Assembly (NCBI RefSeq): GCF_006345805.1
Contig: NW_021834409.1
Location: forward strand, 1,650-65,649
DNA: 64,000 bases
Direction: 5' to 3'
Source: Octopus sinensis
Taxonomy: Eukaryota
This document shows, in pieces, positions 26,620 to 37,704 of this stretch. Under the pieces are notes generated by a model. The model worked only from the letters and a program-made list of their open reading frames with translations. It ran no database searches and had not been told where the DNA came from. The first letter of the stretch is position 1. Every line of letters begins with the position of its first letter. The translations under genes and the position numbers were made by a program.

Positions 26620-27040
26620 ACTGCAGACTGGCATATATATTATTCTAGGAATCCTATCAATAGTTCCATATTTTTTGAATTTTCGAAGAAAATCTCCGAT
26701 TGTCGATTTTGGAGTATTTAGATGATCTGCGATATCTTTTATCGTCCAATTTAACTCATAAAGAGCAAGAATCTTCCCTTTAATTATTTTATTTAACATT
26801 TGCTTATAAAACTAAAAATTCAACTACTAAAATATCACTCAATAATGCAAACCGGTTTTTTATTCACACGCTAAAATTTAAATCTTCAAAATTTTAAACG
26901 ATTAATGGAATTTTTTATAAATAAAAAAATTATAAATCTAATCAACTACAAAGAGTTCAATTCAGTTAAAAAAAATAAATGCCATCCGCCAAAAAAAGTT
27001 AGTAACTGCAAAACCGGTTTTTTTCTACCAGCACTATATA
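26620..27040 (-). mobile_element. Tc1 transposase N-terminal fragment
   Basis: MLNKIIKGKILALYELNWTIKDIADHLNTPKSTIGDFLRKFKKYGTIDRIPR (HTH). Confidence 0.7.
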
Positions 27041-27520
27041 CTTGCGCCTCATCCAGATCGTCCATATTTTTTTGAAAGAAACAACAGTCAACACTTTTTT
27101 TCGAGTAATGTCCTCCGAATCCCAAAAGATAAATCTATCTTTCTTACAAATTCACTTCTGGCCTCGGCAGACTCACTATGGCCGGTCGAGTTTGGCGATT
27201 CAATTAGGAGAGGGAGTTTCTTTTGTTCTTTTGTCAATTTGTATATTTCTTTGTCAAAAGTCCTGTTGAATCTCCTTGGACGATTCCCATTACACTCTCA
27301 GCAGCCTTCTTTACTATGATCAAAACATGCTTTCATAATAGTCCGGGATACACATTCGAGTCAATATTGTCCAACAATTTAAGTATTTTCTCATTGTACC
27401 TTATACGTGTGTGATCTAAAACACATAAGCTCTCCACTGCCAAGTTCCTGCCCTGTGTACGAGCTGCAAGTACTCGGGAGATTCCAAAGCGTCGTTTTAA
27501 AATGAGGCGTGCCATCGAGG
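27040..27520 (-). mobile_element. Heavily deleted RTE-like remnant
   Basis: KKAAESVMG, DKEIYKLTKEQKKL and DSEDITRKKVL...IWMRRK pieces match the RTE copies. Confidence 0.55.
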
Positions 27521-27902
27521 TAATGATGTCACTGTACGTACGGGAGTAAATTTAACTAAAACGAAAATAATTAATAAAAGTTTGCGACTTTTTTTGTTCT
27601 GATTTTGGATAAAGTTTAAAATGGTCACGTCCAAACACAAATCCTATGTAACGAATATGCCCAAGGGAATCCCCACAGCACGGACTGAGCGATTTACGCG
27701 AGGATTTTCCCATATTATATCTGCATATGTAATACTACAGTTTATATAATATCTCTCCATAGGATAGTTCATCAACTAAATTAAATTTCAAAAAAAGATT
27801 TAAAAAGTGGATATTAAAAAAATCAAATCAAAAAATTTCAAATGTGAAGGATGCAGATTAGAGAAGTAAAATCCATAAATATCTCAAAAATGATGCACAC
27901 TC

Positions 27903-27985
27903 GGGAGGTGGACTGGCTTTTCAGCGGTTCTCGAACGCCGTTCTCAGAAAGAACAGTTTGGCGATCCGTCAGGGCGCTGGTTCTT
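27903..27985 (+). mobile_element. CRE-like extreme 3' fragment
   Basis: REVDWLFQRFSNAVLRKNSLAIRQ, matching the RETSWLFQRIS.A.LRGN terminus. Confidence 0.6.
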
Positions 27986-28104
27986 CTTTCGGCTAAAAGA
28001 ATAATTAATTATCCATCGGATTAATCCTCTTTGCGGAAAAAAATTATTTTTTTATTAATCGATCAAACTGAAATTGTAATTCTTTCAAACAGTAATGGTA
28101 TTAA

Positions 28105-28322
28105 AAAACGATGTAAAATCGAAAAAACTCAAGAAAGATTTCGGAAAGAACCGAATGAAAATCTATCCATCGCCTCATTTAAGAAATCTTGGGAAGGAAC
28201 CGTGGGCCTACATGCCCTAAAACTCAACCACCGCGGCCTCATAGAAATTGTGTCAGGACTAGGAAGCAGCACCGAGCAAAGATGAGGACCCTCTTCAGAG
28301 AAGCCGGGATCACCTGATTAAT
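28105..28322 (+). mobile_element. 3' end of an Ingi/Jockey-like LINE
   Basis: KIEKTQERFRK and the terminal GAGGACCCTCYTCAGAGAAGCCGGGATCACCTGATTAAT are shared with 18645-18702 plus 20068-20224. Confidence 0.7.
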
Positions 28323-28801
28323 GATCTTGATTTTAATAATAAAAAATGTTTTGTTTCTTGAAAGAGAGTTATTTTCAATTCTACTTTGATCTCATTTCTC
28401 ATAAACAGACTGAAATTGGAGACTGTCATCTTTGAAGTTTTATCCACAACCTTTCATCGTGATTAAAGTGATATTTAAGAATATTCCACGTGTCAGTTGA
28501 TAAAAATGTTTCATATGGTGGCTTAGGATTTCTTAATTTTGTTTTAGAATCCTACAAGTTTCACAAGAATTGTTTTGTTTTTATAGGAAAAGTGATAAAA
28601 GATTAATCGAAGAGAAGGCCAGCAGCTTGGCGGATCGGCAAACTGCTCCCCCGGATAACTGCGACCGAGAATTGTAGTGACAATTCTCTATTTGGAAAGA
28701 ATTTCTCTTGCTTCAGATACAAGAGTAACTTTTGCTCGGAATACTCCCAACGAACACTGTGATGAATTTTTTGTATTAAAATATCAGATAATGATTATAA
28801 C

Positions 28802-29140
28802 TAGGGCAGTCAAACGCTATAAAATGCAATTAAATATAATTTAATAAAAATACTATAAATAATAAATATGATAATAATAAAATTATTTTGTTATATTTTT
28901 TATTTTTTTTCATTGAAATAGATTATTTTTAGCGTGTTTTTTTTATAATTCTTGTTATGAAAAAGAAAACAGTATCTCAGAAGGCTCGATTTTTTGCCAA
29001 AAAATTTCCCGAATTTGTTATTAATCCGGAAGGGAAATTATTTTGTTCTTATTGTTCTACAATCGTAAGATGCGATAAGAAATTTTCTGTTGACGCCCAT
29101 CGTTTATCAAAAAAACACGTTCAAACACAAAGTATATGAA
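28802..29140 (+). mobile_element. 5' end of a second hAT-like (CGGBP1-like zinc finger) element
   Basis: Starts TAGGGCAG like the 9019 end. ORF 28957-29139 reads FCSYCSTIVRCDKKFSVDAHRLSKKH. Confidence 0.7.
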
Positions 29141-30174
29141 AAATATAACTTTAGATTCTATTCATTCATCCCAAAATGTACAGAAATTTATTTCTAGTAA
29201 ACATAATTGCCAGCAAAAACCGGTGACAAAAATATATTATTTTTGATTGGCCATCGCAATCACCGGATCTTAACCCAATAGAGCATGTACACCCCTCGAC
29301 AAAAAAAATGATTCAAAATTCATATTTAGTTTTTCTTTGAAAATCCTATAAATATTCTAATTTCAAAAAATTTAGTAGATTAGTTGTAATTATTATTTAA
29401 TTTTAATAAAATATTTGTTAATTACATTAATTTGGAAAAATTAAAGCATCAGAGTTCTTTATGACCACTGGGATCGTTTAACTAGTTTGCTTAAAGTCTT
29501 CATTCTTTGTGGTCTTAGGGCTAATAAACAAAATCAATCGATTTTTTTTTGATTAAAATCAAATGATTTAAATCTAACAACCATGCTTGAGGTACTCCAT
29601 TTGGTGAAAGCCTTGAGATCGATCATTTTTACAGACCCGTTTGAATTCATGAATGGCTTAAATTCAAATAATTAAATGCTAATAATAATTAAAGCATGCG
29701 ACCACAAAGACCACAAACAGTAAATATTAATTAAAAAAAATTAGACTAGATTTTTCCCCGTATACTGAGTTACAAAAAGCTATGCAGTTATGATGAAGCT
29801 CTATTCCAAACGTTTCTAAAATATCTATTCGAACGTTTATGTAAATCAGTTGATAGGAAAAATGTTTTATTATTATTATCAGCACTGCCGAGAACACATA
29901 TAAAAAACAAAAATCATTTAAGGTTCCCTCGTGCCGCACCGACCACACTTTCCACCAATCCTATCCATAGGTCTCTCCCTTTCGCAAGATCTCTTAGTTC
30001 ATCTAGGTTACCAATTGTTTACAACTGCCTGCTTATTGCATATTTGAAAACGTTTTAATTTTGGACTTATTTTTATAATCTTAATATTAAAATGGTATGG
30101 TGTGTGTCTGTCTGTGTGTCTGTCTGTCTGTCTGTCTGTCTGTGTGTGCACACCAACTTCAAATTGGCAATACG

Positions 30175-31250
30175 ATGTCCTCGACTTACATGATGAGGTC
30201 CTTAAAACCTTCCCCCAAAAAAAATAAAAAAAAATTTTCTGCATTTTGGTTAAAATGAACAACTACAATGTCCTCGACTTACATGATGAAGTCCTTAAAC
30301 CTTACCCCCCCCCCCCAAAAAAATTAAAAAAAAATTTTCTGCATTTTGGTTAAAATGAACAACTACAATGTCCTCGACTTACATGATGAAGTCCTTAAAA
30401 CCTTCCCCCCAAAAAAATTAAAAAAAAATTTTCTGCATTTTGGTTAAAATGAACAACTACAATGTCCTCGACTTACATGATGAAGTCCTTAAAACCTTCC
30501 CCCCCAAAAAAAATTAAAAAAAATTTTCTGCATTTTGGTTAAAATGAACAACTACAATGTCCTCGACTTACATGATGAAGTCCTTAAAACCTTCCCTCCC
30601 AAAAAAATTAAAAAAAAATTTTCTGCATTTTGGTTAAAATGAACAACTACAATGTCCTCGACTTACATGATGAGTCCGTAAAAACTCCTTCCCCCCCAAA
30701 AAAAATTAAAAAAAATTTTCTGCATTTTGGTTAAAATGAAAACTACAATGTCCTCGACTTACATGATGAAGTCCTTAAAACCTTCCCCCCCAAAAAAATT
30801 AAAAAAAAATTTTCTGCATTTTGGTTAAAATGAACAACTACAATGTCCTCGACTTACATGATGAAGTCCTTAAAACCTTCCCCCCAAAAAAATTAAAAAA
30901 AAATTTTCTGCATTTTGGTTAAAATGAACAACTACAATGTCCTCGACTTACATGATGAAGTCTTAAAACCTTCCCCCCAAAAAAATTAAAAAAAAATTTT
31001 CTGCATTTTGGTTAAAATGAACAACTACAATGTCCTCGACTTACATGATGAAGTCCTTAAAACCTTCCCTCCCAAAAAAAATTAAAAAAAAATTTTCTGC
31101 ATTTTGGTTAAAATGAACAACTACAATGTCCTCGACTTACATGATGAAGTCCTTAAAACCTTCCCCCCAAAAAATCAAAAAATTATTTTCTGCATTTTGA
31201 TTAAAATGAACAACGCGAATGTCCTCGACATTCATGATGAGGTCCATTAA
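30175..31250 (+). repeat. ~95-bp minisatellite, 11 full units plus a diverged partial twelfth
   Basis: Units start at 30175, 30268, 30368, 30462, 30557, 30652, 30748, 30843, 30937, 31030, 31126 and 31219; they differ mainly in C- and A-run lengths. Confidence 0.95.
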
Positions 31251-31466
31251 ACCTTCAAGGCAAAAATCTCACGTATTAAGAATATCCTTGATGAAAACGA
31301 CAGCGAGAATATTAACAATGATGAACTCCCAATTATTCGCGATAAAGAAATTCAATTCATCCTATGTTTTTCTCTTTAAAATTAAATGCATATATCATTA
31401 TCGACCATGAATCAAAATTAAAGCTATTATCATATTTGACTTTGACAGAATGTGCAATCACAGATT

Positions 31467-31669
31467 GCACGACTTTGAATAGAGTGTGCAATTAACAGAT
31501 TTTGAAAAACCTTTGATAGTTGAAACCACATTAGCACAATCATTAACACAATTTACCACCAATTGACGCACGACCTTGAATAGAGTGTGCAATTAACAGA
31601 TTTTGAAAAACACTTTGATAGTTGAAACCACATTAGCACAACCATTAACACAATTTACCACCAATTGAC
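31467..31669 (+). repeat. Tandem duplication of a 101-bp unit
   Basis: GCACGACYTTGAATAGAGTGTGCAATTAACAG...CCAATTGAC at 31467 and 31568, with few mismatches. Confidence 0.9.
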
Positions 31670-32460
31670 AGCGCAATCAGAAGAATTTGCGTAAAAATAT
31701 TAACTATTTACTTGAGTTTTTCGTAAAGATAGAATTTATTTTCGGTATGCCTCTTTTCCTAAACTTTTTTATTATTCAAAAATAATTTTTAAATAGATAA
31801 CCGAAGGAGGAAAAACGAAGCTGAAGAAAAAACGGTCAGCTTAATAAGGTAATTAATTAAATCTTTTTGTGTGTTGCTTTCTTGCCTGCCGCATCTCCCC
31901 CTGCCCCATTTCCGCCAGTAAAAAACAAAAAAATAAAAAAAGAAAAAAAAGGAAATTACAAAGGAAAAATGAAAAAATTAATATAAAAAAAATAGACCAC
32001 AAAAAATGAAAAAAAAAGTTTGCAATGACAATAAACAAGGCCCAGGGACAGTCATTAAAGGTAGTTGGGTTATTTTTAGAGAGTGAGTGCTTTTCACATG
32101 GACAGCTGTATGTGGGATGCTCGAGGGTAGGCAGAAGAGAAAATTTATTCATATATGCCAGAAGGAAGGACGGACGACAAACATCGTTTATCAACAGGCG
32201 ATAGAATAGGGTTACATTAAACCAGGTAGTTTTATACATCTACATAAACTTATAGTTGTTTGATGAAACAGGCCCTCCGCAGGAGCTAGGTCGCGGTGAG
32301 CGAAGCGAGCTGCCGAGCTAGTATATTTATAAAACAAAATTATTCATTTTTTAATGGAAAACCTTCAAATATTTAAGAAATGTAGTAAATTTTTATATTA
32401 TTGTTTCGATTATATTGTTAGCATTCTCATTTCATTTCGGAATTAATCTTACTTGCATAA

Positions 32461-32700
32461 ATGGAGCCGTACGCAGCACAAATAATAGAAATCACTGACG
32501 ACACACATTCAAACTAAATGAACCTTTGCTACAAAAAATTCTTATGGCAAAAAATGTCATTGACAAAAAAGTCATGGTTCTTTCAGTTGTCGGCGCTTAC
32601 AGACAAGGAAAATCGTTTCTCCTTAATTTTTTCCTCAAATATCTCTCCGCAAAAGTACTCTCAGCTTAAGATGAGACCATAGGACAAAAAAAATTGGTTC
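32461..32700 (+). pseudogene. ATL: Atlastin N-terminal fragment (GTPase P-loop)
   Basis: DD(H)TFKLNEPLLQKIL...KKVMVLSVVGAYRQGKSFLLNFFLKYL, with one missing base after GACGAC. Homology stops after a probable 28-nt intron. Confidence 0.75.
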
Positions 32701-32769
32701 CATAAATGTCGTGTATTTGCAAACGTGCCGTCATTATTACCAATTACGGATGTTTGATGAAGAGATTAT

Positions 32770-33880
32770 TCAAACCATACAACTGTAATGGCCATAAGAT
32801 ATGCTGAAGGTATTGTCGTAGCTGTTGACAGCCGAATAACTCAGCCGGCCTTTAATTTATTTAACCTCATTCCCCATGAAATCAAGAGGAATTCTGCACG
32901 AAGAAAACCGACAGTTCTCTTATGGTCACACCATCAGTTAAAGAGTGAGTTAATCTCATATTATCTTCTTATAGCGGTGAGATTTTTGCAATCCAGGACG
33001 ATGTGTGTGTGTCGTCGTCATGGGTGATTTGTATTCGATTGAAGCACACTAGCGGTGCATTTCTTGTGGTGTCCATTTCTTTTTGAAACTTAACCAAATA
33101 TAAGAGCTATTCATCTGGTCTACGTGGCCGCTCTAATGGAGTCACCAAATCTGTATTTACATAAAAATCGCCCCACAATAGTCTCCCGGGGCAACACTCC
33201 TACGGCTACAAAGCCGGCAGATCCAAAACAATCACACCATTTCCAATCCAAAGCGTCGGAATAAGATAAATATTCTCCAATTGAACATCAACGGAATCCA
33301 AAACAAATTCATAGAACTCAAACACTTTATTATCTCAAACAATACCGATATTGATTAAATGAAAAACACAAAATGCCGGCCTTTAAACTAATGTATACTA
33401 TTTACTCAATTTAGGTTTTGACACAGAAAAAAAATATATCAGTTATCAAAAAATTCGGTGATGGCATACAGTGGGTCGGTAAAAGTTGCGAAAAATCTTG
33501 TAGAACTCAAAGAGTATACGTAATTCTTAATATTTTCAACATTTAGAGATTCTTCGAGAGTGGATCACGTGACTATGGAAGAGGTAATTCATGATTTTTT
33601 AAAACTTCTAAAAATTCGATGCGGATATATTGTAAATCGATAAATATTTACCAAATATGTTTCGACGGCATGATCGATTATATTTCAATAATCAATCGTG
33701 AAATGCTTGCTCCATGTTATAAAGAAATATCACCAATTGGTTCAGGATCTCGCCAGGCATTAAATCATGAAAAAATAATTTTCATGTAAAATAATTTTAG
33801 TAATGAAACACCCCACAAAAGAAGAAGTAATGAAATTGGCAAATGACGCTATTAAATGCGCCAAGTCATCTGACAAATAA
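32770..33880 (+). pseudogene. Divergent proteasome beta-subunit-like sequence split by inserted DNA
   Basis: TTVMAIRYAEGIVVAVDSRIT at 32775-32840, then KIYQLSKNSVMAYSGS, ISPIGSGS and TKEEVMKLANDAIKCA at 33430-33880. Confidence 0.5.
33270..33355 (+). mobile_element. Ingi/Jockey-like APE N-terminal fragment
   Basis: NILQLNINGIQNKFIELKHFIISNNTDID versus SILQLNINGVTGKSTELNSFLIKHDID at 16490-16570. Confidence 0.55.
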
Positions 33881-35039
33881 AACTGGAGGACCAATTTTTA
33901 GTTTATTTTCCAATAAATTATTAGTCATCTCTCTCCATTAATGGTTAGGTTAGCATTCTCCTTGTAGGACTATTAATTTATTATTTTTGAGATGGGGAAA
34001 AATTAAGATGCAATATTAAGTCATTAATCGACTAAGAAATAAAAAAGGAATTCATAAACAATTGATTTGGCGTAAATCCAATCAGGCGTATAAAGTAAAG
34101 TTTTTGGAATGGTCAAGTCAATCAACAGACCTCAATCCAATCAAATATTCATGGAAAATAAAATACTAAAGGAGACAGATTAAATGGTAAAAATAAAAAG
34201 ATATAAATGATGAAGGTGAAAAAACGATTAAATTATTGTCAAAATAAAACCAATTCAATTACAGAATATCCTAGATTATAAGAACTTCTGTAAATCAACA
34301 ATATATTTAATCAATTTTAAACACAAAATAAAGATTGAATCATCAATAAAAAAATATGATTAACAAAACAATCACCAACAACAAAAAGAATTAAGGATTC
34401 TTGGTAATTATTTAATACATTAGGTTTTCCAAATAAAATTAATTTTAATAATGACTAATGTTTAATAATTTAATACAAATCAAGATATTAATTGTCACAG
34501 GTTGGATAATGCCCTGGGTTAGATAATACCCCCTTGAAATTTTTTTTTAGTTCTTAATATATTTCAAATCAAAGAGAAATAGTCATTGGCAGATAGCCAG
34601 AGTATTGCCTCTGACTATTGCTATAGATATTCTTTCGATTAAATACCGGTGCTCACACGGGTCGCCGGTAACCCTTTCGATTAATGAGGCAATGCGCTGG
34701 AGTAGGGTCCGAGTAGAAGGCCCCTGTATTCCTGACGTCTCAATGAATGATTAGAGACATTTTTATAAGTGTTTAAAAATACAAATGATTTTAATTATAT
34801 TAATAGTCATTTTATTGTTTCTTGCTAAATGACACTTTATTCATCGAATATATCATTCGTTTATTTGTATTTTTAGTTTATTTTTAATGCTAAAATTATA
34901 GCATAAAGTTTTGTATTTATTTATTACATTTTTCTCCGCTATTTTTGCGTTATTGCGCATAGTTTATAAGATTTAACTAATGCATTTTATCAAATATGAC
35001 TTTTATTGGTTGGAAATTTTTGTTTACAATAGCGGAATT

Positions 35040-35890
35040 ACATAAAATCTAAAGCTCTTTATATAGGAAATTTTAATGCAATTTTATGTAAAATTTGTGG
35101 TGACCGTTCATCTGGAGTTCATTACGGAGTCGCAACATGTGAAGGTTGCAAGGTACTTTGTAGATTAACGTTTCCTTGCATTTAGTCTTTTTTCCGCAGG
35201 ACATTGGAGTGACCCTGGTAATCATTCGAGTCCATTTTAGGTGGAACTGGCCAATTGCAGTCATCCGTTTATTGGCTTTTGTTCTTATATTGAATTCAAC
35301 TTTTATTTCAAAGAAAATGAGGATTTTTCCAAAATTCTTGTAGTTCAGTCAGGAGATGAGGTTTTGGAGCATTTTGTTGATATTTGGTTTTTTGTTGTAT
35401 TTTTATTTTTAGTACAAAGTGCGACGTGAATTTAGAGCCGGACTTTGTGAATTGGAGATTTTAAATTGAGAGAAATTTAAATTAAGAGCGACGAGTTTGT
35501 AACTTGCAGTGGTGACTCGGAGACCAGGAGAAACACTGTCAGGTCGTGGATAACTTCGGAAGTAGTTTTTGATTAACTTTCGAGAGTTATATGTTGTGTT
35601 GAGATTAAATAAATGCATTGGATGAAGATTAAATAAACGATGAAATGAATTCAAATTAACTTGCAAAATAAAATTTATCCATGATATTTACCAGTAATCA
35701 AATTTAATAAATCTTCAAACAATTTAAAAAATAGAATAAAAATAAAATATTAATATAAAAAAGATTGAAATAAGAAATAAAAATTAACACAAAAAGCACA
35801 ACACAAGAAAAGAAAATAACATGCGTGACACGTAATAATTTATTGTAGTTAATTCGATAATTTAAAACTTTTAAAAATTAAATAAATAAC
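35040..35890 (-). repeat. Unclassified interspersed repeat; partial second copy at ~47030-47260
   Basis: TTGCAAAATAAA.TTTAT.CA.GATATTT.ACCAGTAATCA and CAACACAAGAAAA...AATTTATTGTA.TTAATTCGATAA blocks occur in both places in the same orientation. Confidence 0.5.
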
Positions 35891-36339
35891 ATTTAATAAT
35901 GTGATTCTGTTTGAATTCAGCTAGGAACAAAAATTCAGGTGGTTTATATTAATGGAGAGTAGGTATCTGATATATTTTCATCAAATAAAACAAAAAATAA
36001 AATTTTCTAAACATTATCCTTTCAATCTACTTTTGAAAAAATGACAGAATCTCTTACCATATGGAGTGAATCAAAAAAAGTTGTTTAAGTTTGTAGAACA
36101 CATAAGCGAAAATTATTTACAAGTCTTTTATCTATGACAAGATGATTATAATCAAAAAAGTTGCCAAAATTTGTCATTAACCACTCATATGTATTACTAA
36201 ATCGAACAGCAGATCATCAGTAATTGAATACTAAGAACAATACCAGACACAAAAACTTCGCAGAAATACAGAGGAAATTTTAATGGAAAAAAATCTATAA
36301 ATGGGATGCAACTTGCTCAGATACTTTTTCCGAACAAAA

Positions 36340-36610
36340 TCTTCCTCCCTCAGCTGTCGCAGTTGGCCCTGCTTCTTGCAGAGCAGAAGAATTAAAGATT
36401 TCAAAGTACACCAATCTCTCGGAACGCTATCTGTTTACCCCGATCGCCGTGGAGACCTCTGGCGTAATCGGTGACAGGTCACTCATTTTCCTCAAAAAGC
36501 TGGGTCGTCTGATTTCTGGCAAGAAAAACGACACGCGTGAGTGTGGATGGCTCCTTCAGAGGATTTTCCTTGCCATTGTACGTCGAAAATGTTTCTCCAT
36601 CTACGAGTCC
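36340..36610 (+). mobile_element. CRE-like 3' fragment
   Basis: KISKYTNLSERYLFTPIAVETSGVIG...RECGWLLQRI.LAIVR. Confidence 0.85.
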
Positions 36611-37704
36611 TCTTGTTAACTCTCTTTTCTCTCTGTTTTCTTTTAAGAAATAAATTGTATATAAAAAATCTATAAATGAACTAGAAATAAAACACAAAAC
36701 AAAATTAGAATAATAAAACGAGAATTATTACTTTTTTACTTTTTTTAATTGTCAAAATTGTTTAATTGATTTTTAGATTTAACTGATTATATTTTTGATA
36801 AAATTTTGAACTTAGTTTATTTGATAATATCAATTTGTTTTTTAAGCTTTGACTAATGATATTTATAGCTTTTAATTAGTTTATTCTCATTTTTTAAATA
36901 ATAACAAACAAGGTTGTAACATTAAATTAAAAAACGCTCTTAGAAGCGTTCTCAATAAAAATAGCCAGTGATGTCTTTTGTAAGAGAAAATAAATAAATA
37001 AATTTATACAGTCGAACCTTGCCCCAACAAAAACCCCGCCTTGGGGCACAATCGATTTTTGGGGCGATTTTATTTTTTAATACATTTTTCATCAATAATT
37101 TCCAAATTTGGAAATTATCAAAACCCCACTATGGGGCACTTAACTAATTTATTTTAATATGTGACATGGTTTGCGTGATGCCTATGGGCCGCGTGATACC
37201 TGACATGACCTTGAAGGTTAACTTAATGTCAATATTATATTGTAATTAATATTAAACTTCAAAGAATAATAACTTGTTAATTATTTTTTAAGTCTGGACA
37301 TTGGCACAATCGAAATTTCGCTCATCGAATTTTTTATCTATTAAATTTAAATGTTTAAACTACCTCAACGCGATTGTTTGATAAAATACTGATAATTCCT
37401 CACAAAGATTGGTCATTTCACGATTCTTGAATTCAGTCCCATTATCGGACTGAAGAAATTGACACGGACAATTTAAGAAAAATAATGATATGAGGTTTTT
37501 ACAAACTTCATTTGAGGACTTAGTGTAGAGCGGCCTCGCAAATGCAAATCTATAAAAATTGTTAAAAAACTAACCTGCTATATACGTCAATGACCGTTAA
37601 AATCCATTTAAAATTTTTATTTATAGTAGAAAAACTTTTCAGATCTATAAGATCTATCTGAAATCTTTCATTTGGGCAAGATGCAAAGACATGGTTATTT
37701 TATC

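Larger units (their letters stand above)
30079..32321 (+). mobile_element. Non-autonomous Helitron (~2.2 kb)
   Basis: A|TC start followed by (TCTG)n. PIF1-helicase C-terminal fragment [16 protein letters not shown]...[13 protein letters not shown] at 32019-32160. GC-rich hairpin at 32293-32313, CTAG|T end. Confidence 0.85.

Noticed and set aside
30175-31250. CRISPR array
   Set aside because: Whole units are near-identical with no unique spacers, there are no cas genes, and the context is eukaryotic; it is a minisatellite inside a Helitron.
29240-34330. Intact Tc1 elements at 29240-29290 (WPSQSPDLNPIEH) and 34100-34170
   Set aside because: Only tiny catalytic-end scraps without TIRs; too small to define as elements.
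21133-34540. TGTCAC(A/G)GGTTGGATAATGCC at 21133 and ~34493 as a pair of element ends
   Set aside because: They are in the same orientation, 13 kb apart, and I found no inverted partner; they are probably two orphan ends of one family.
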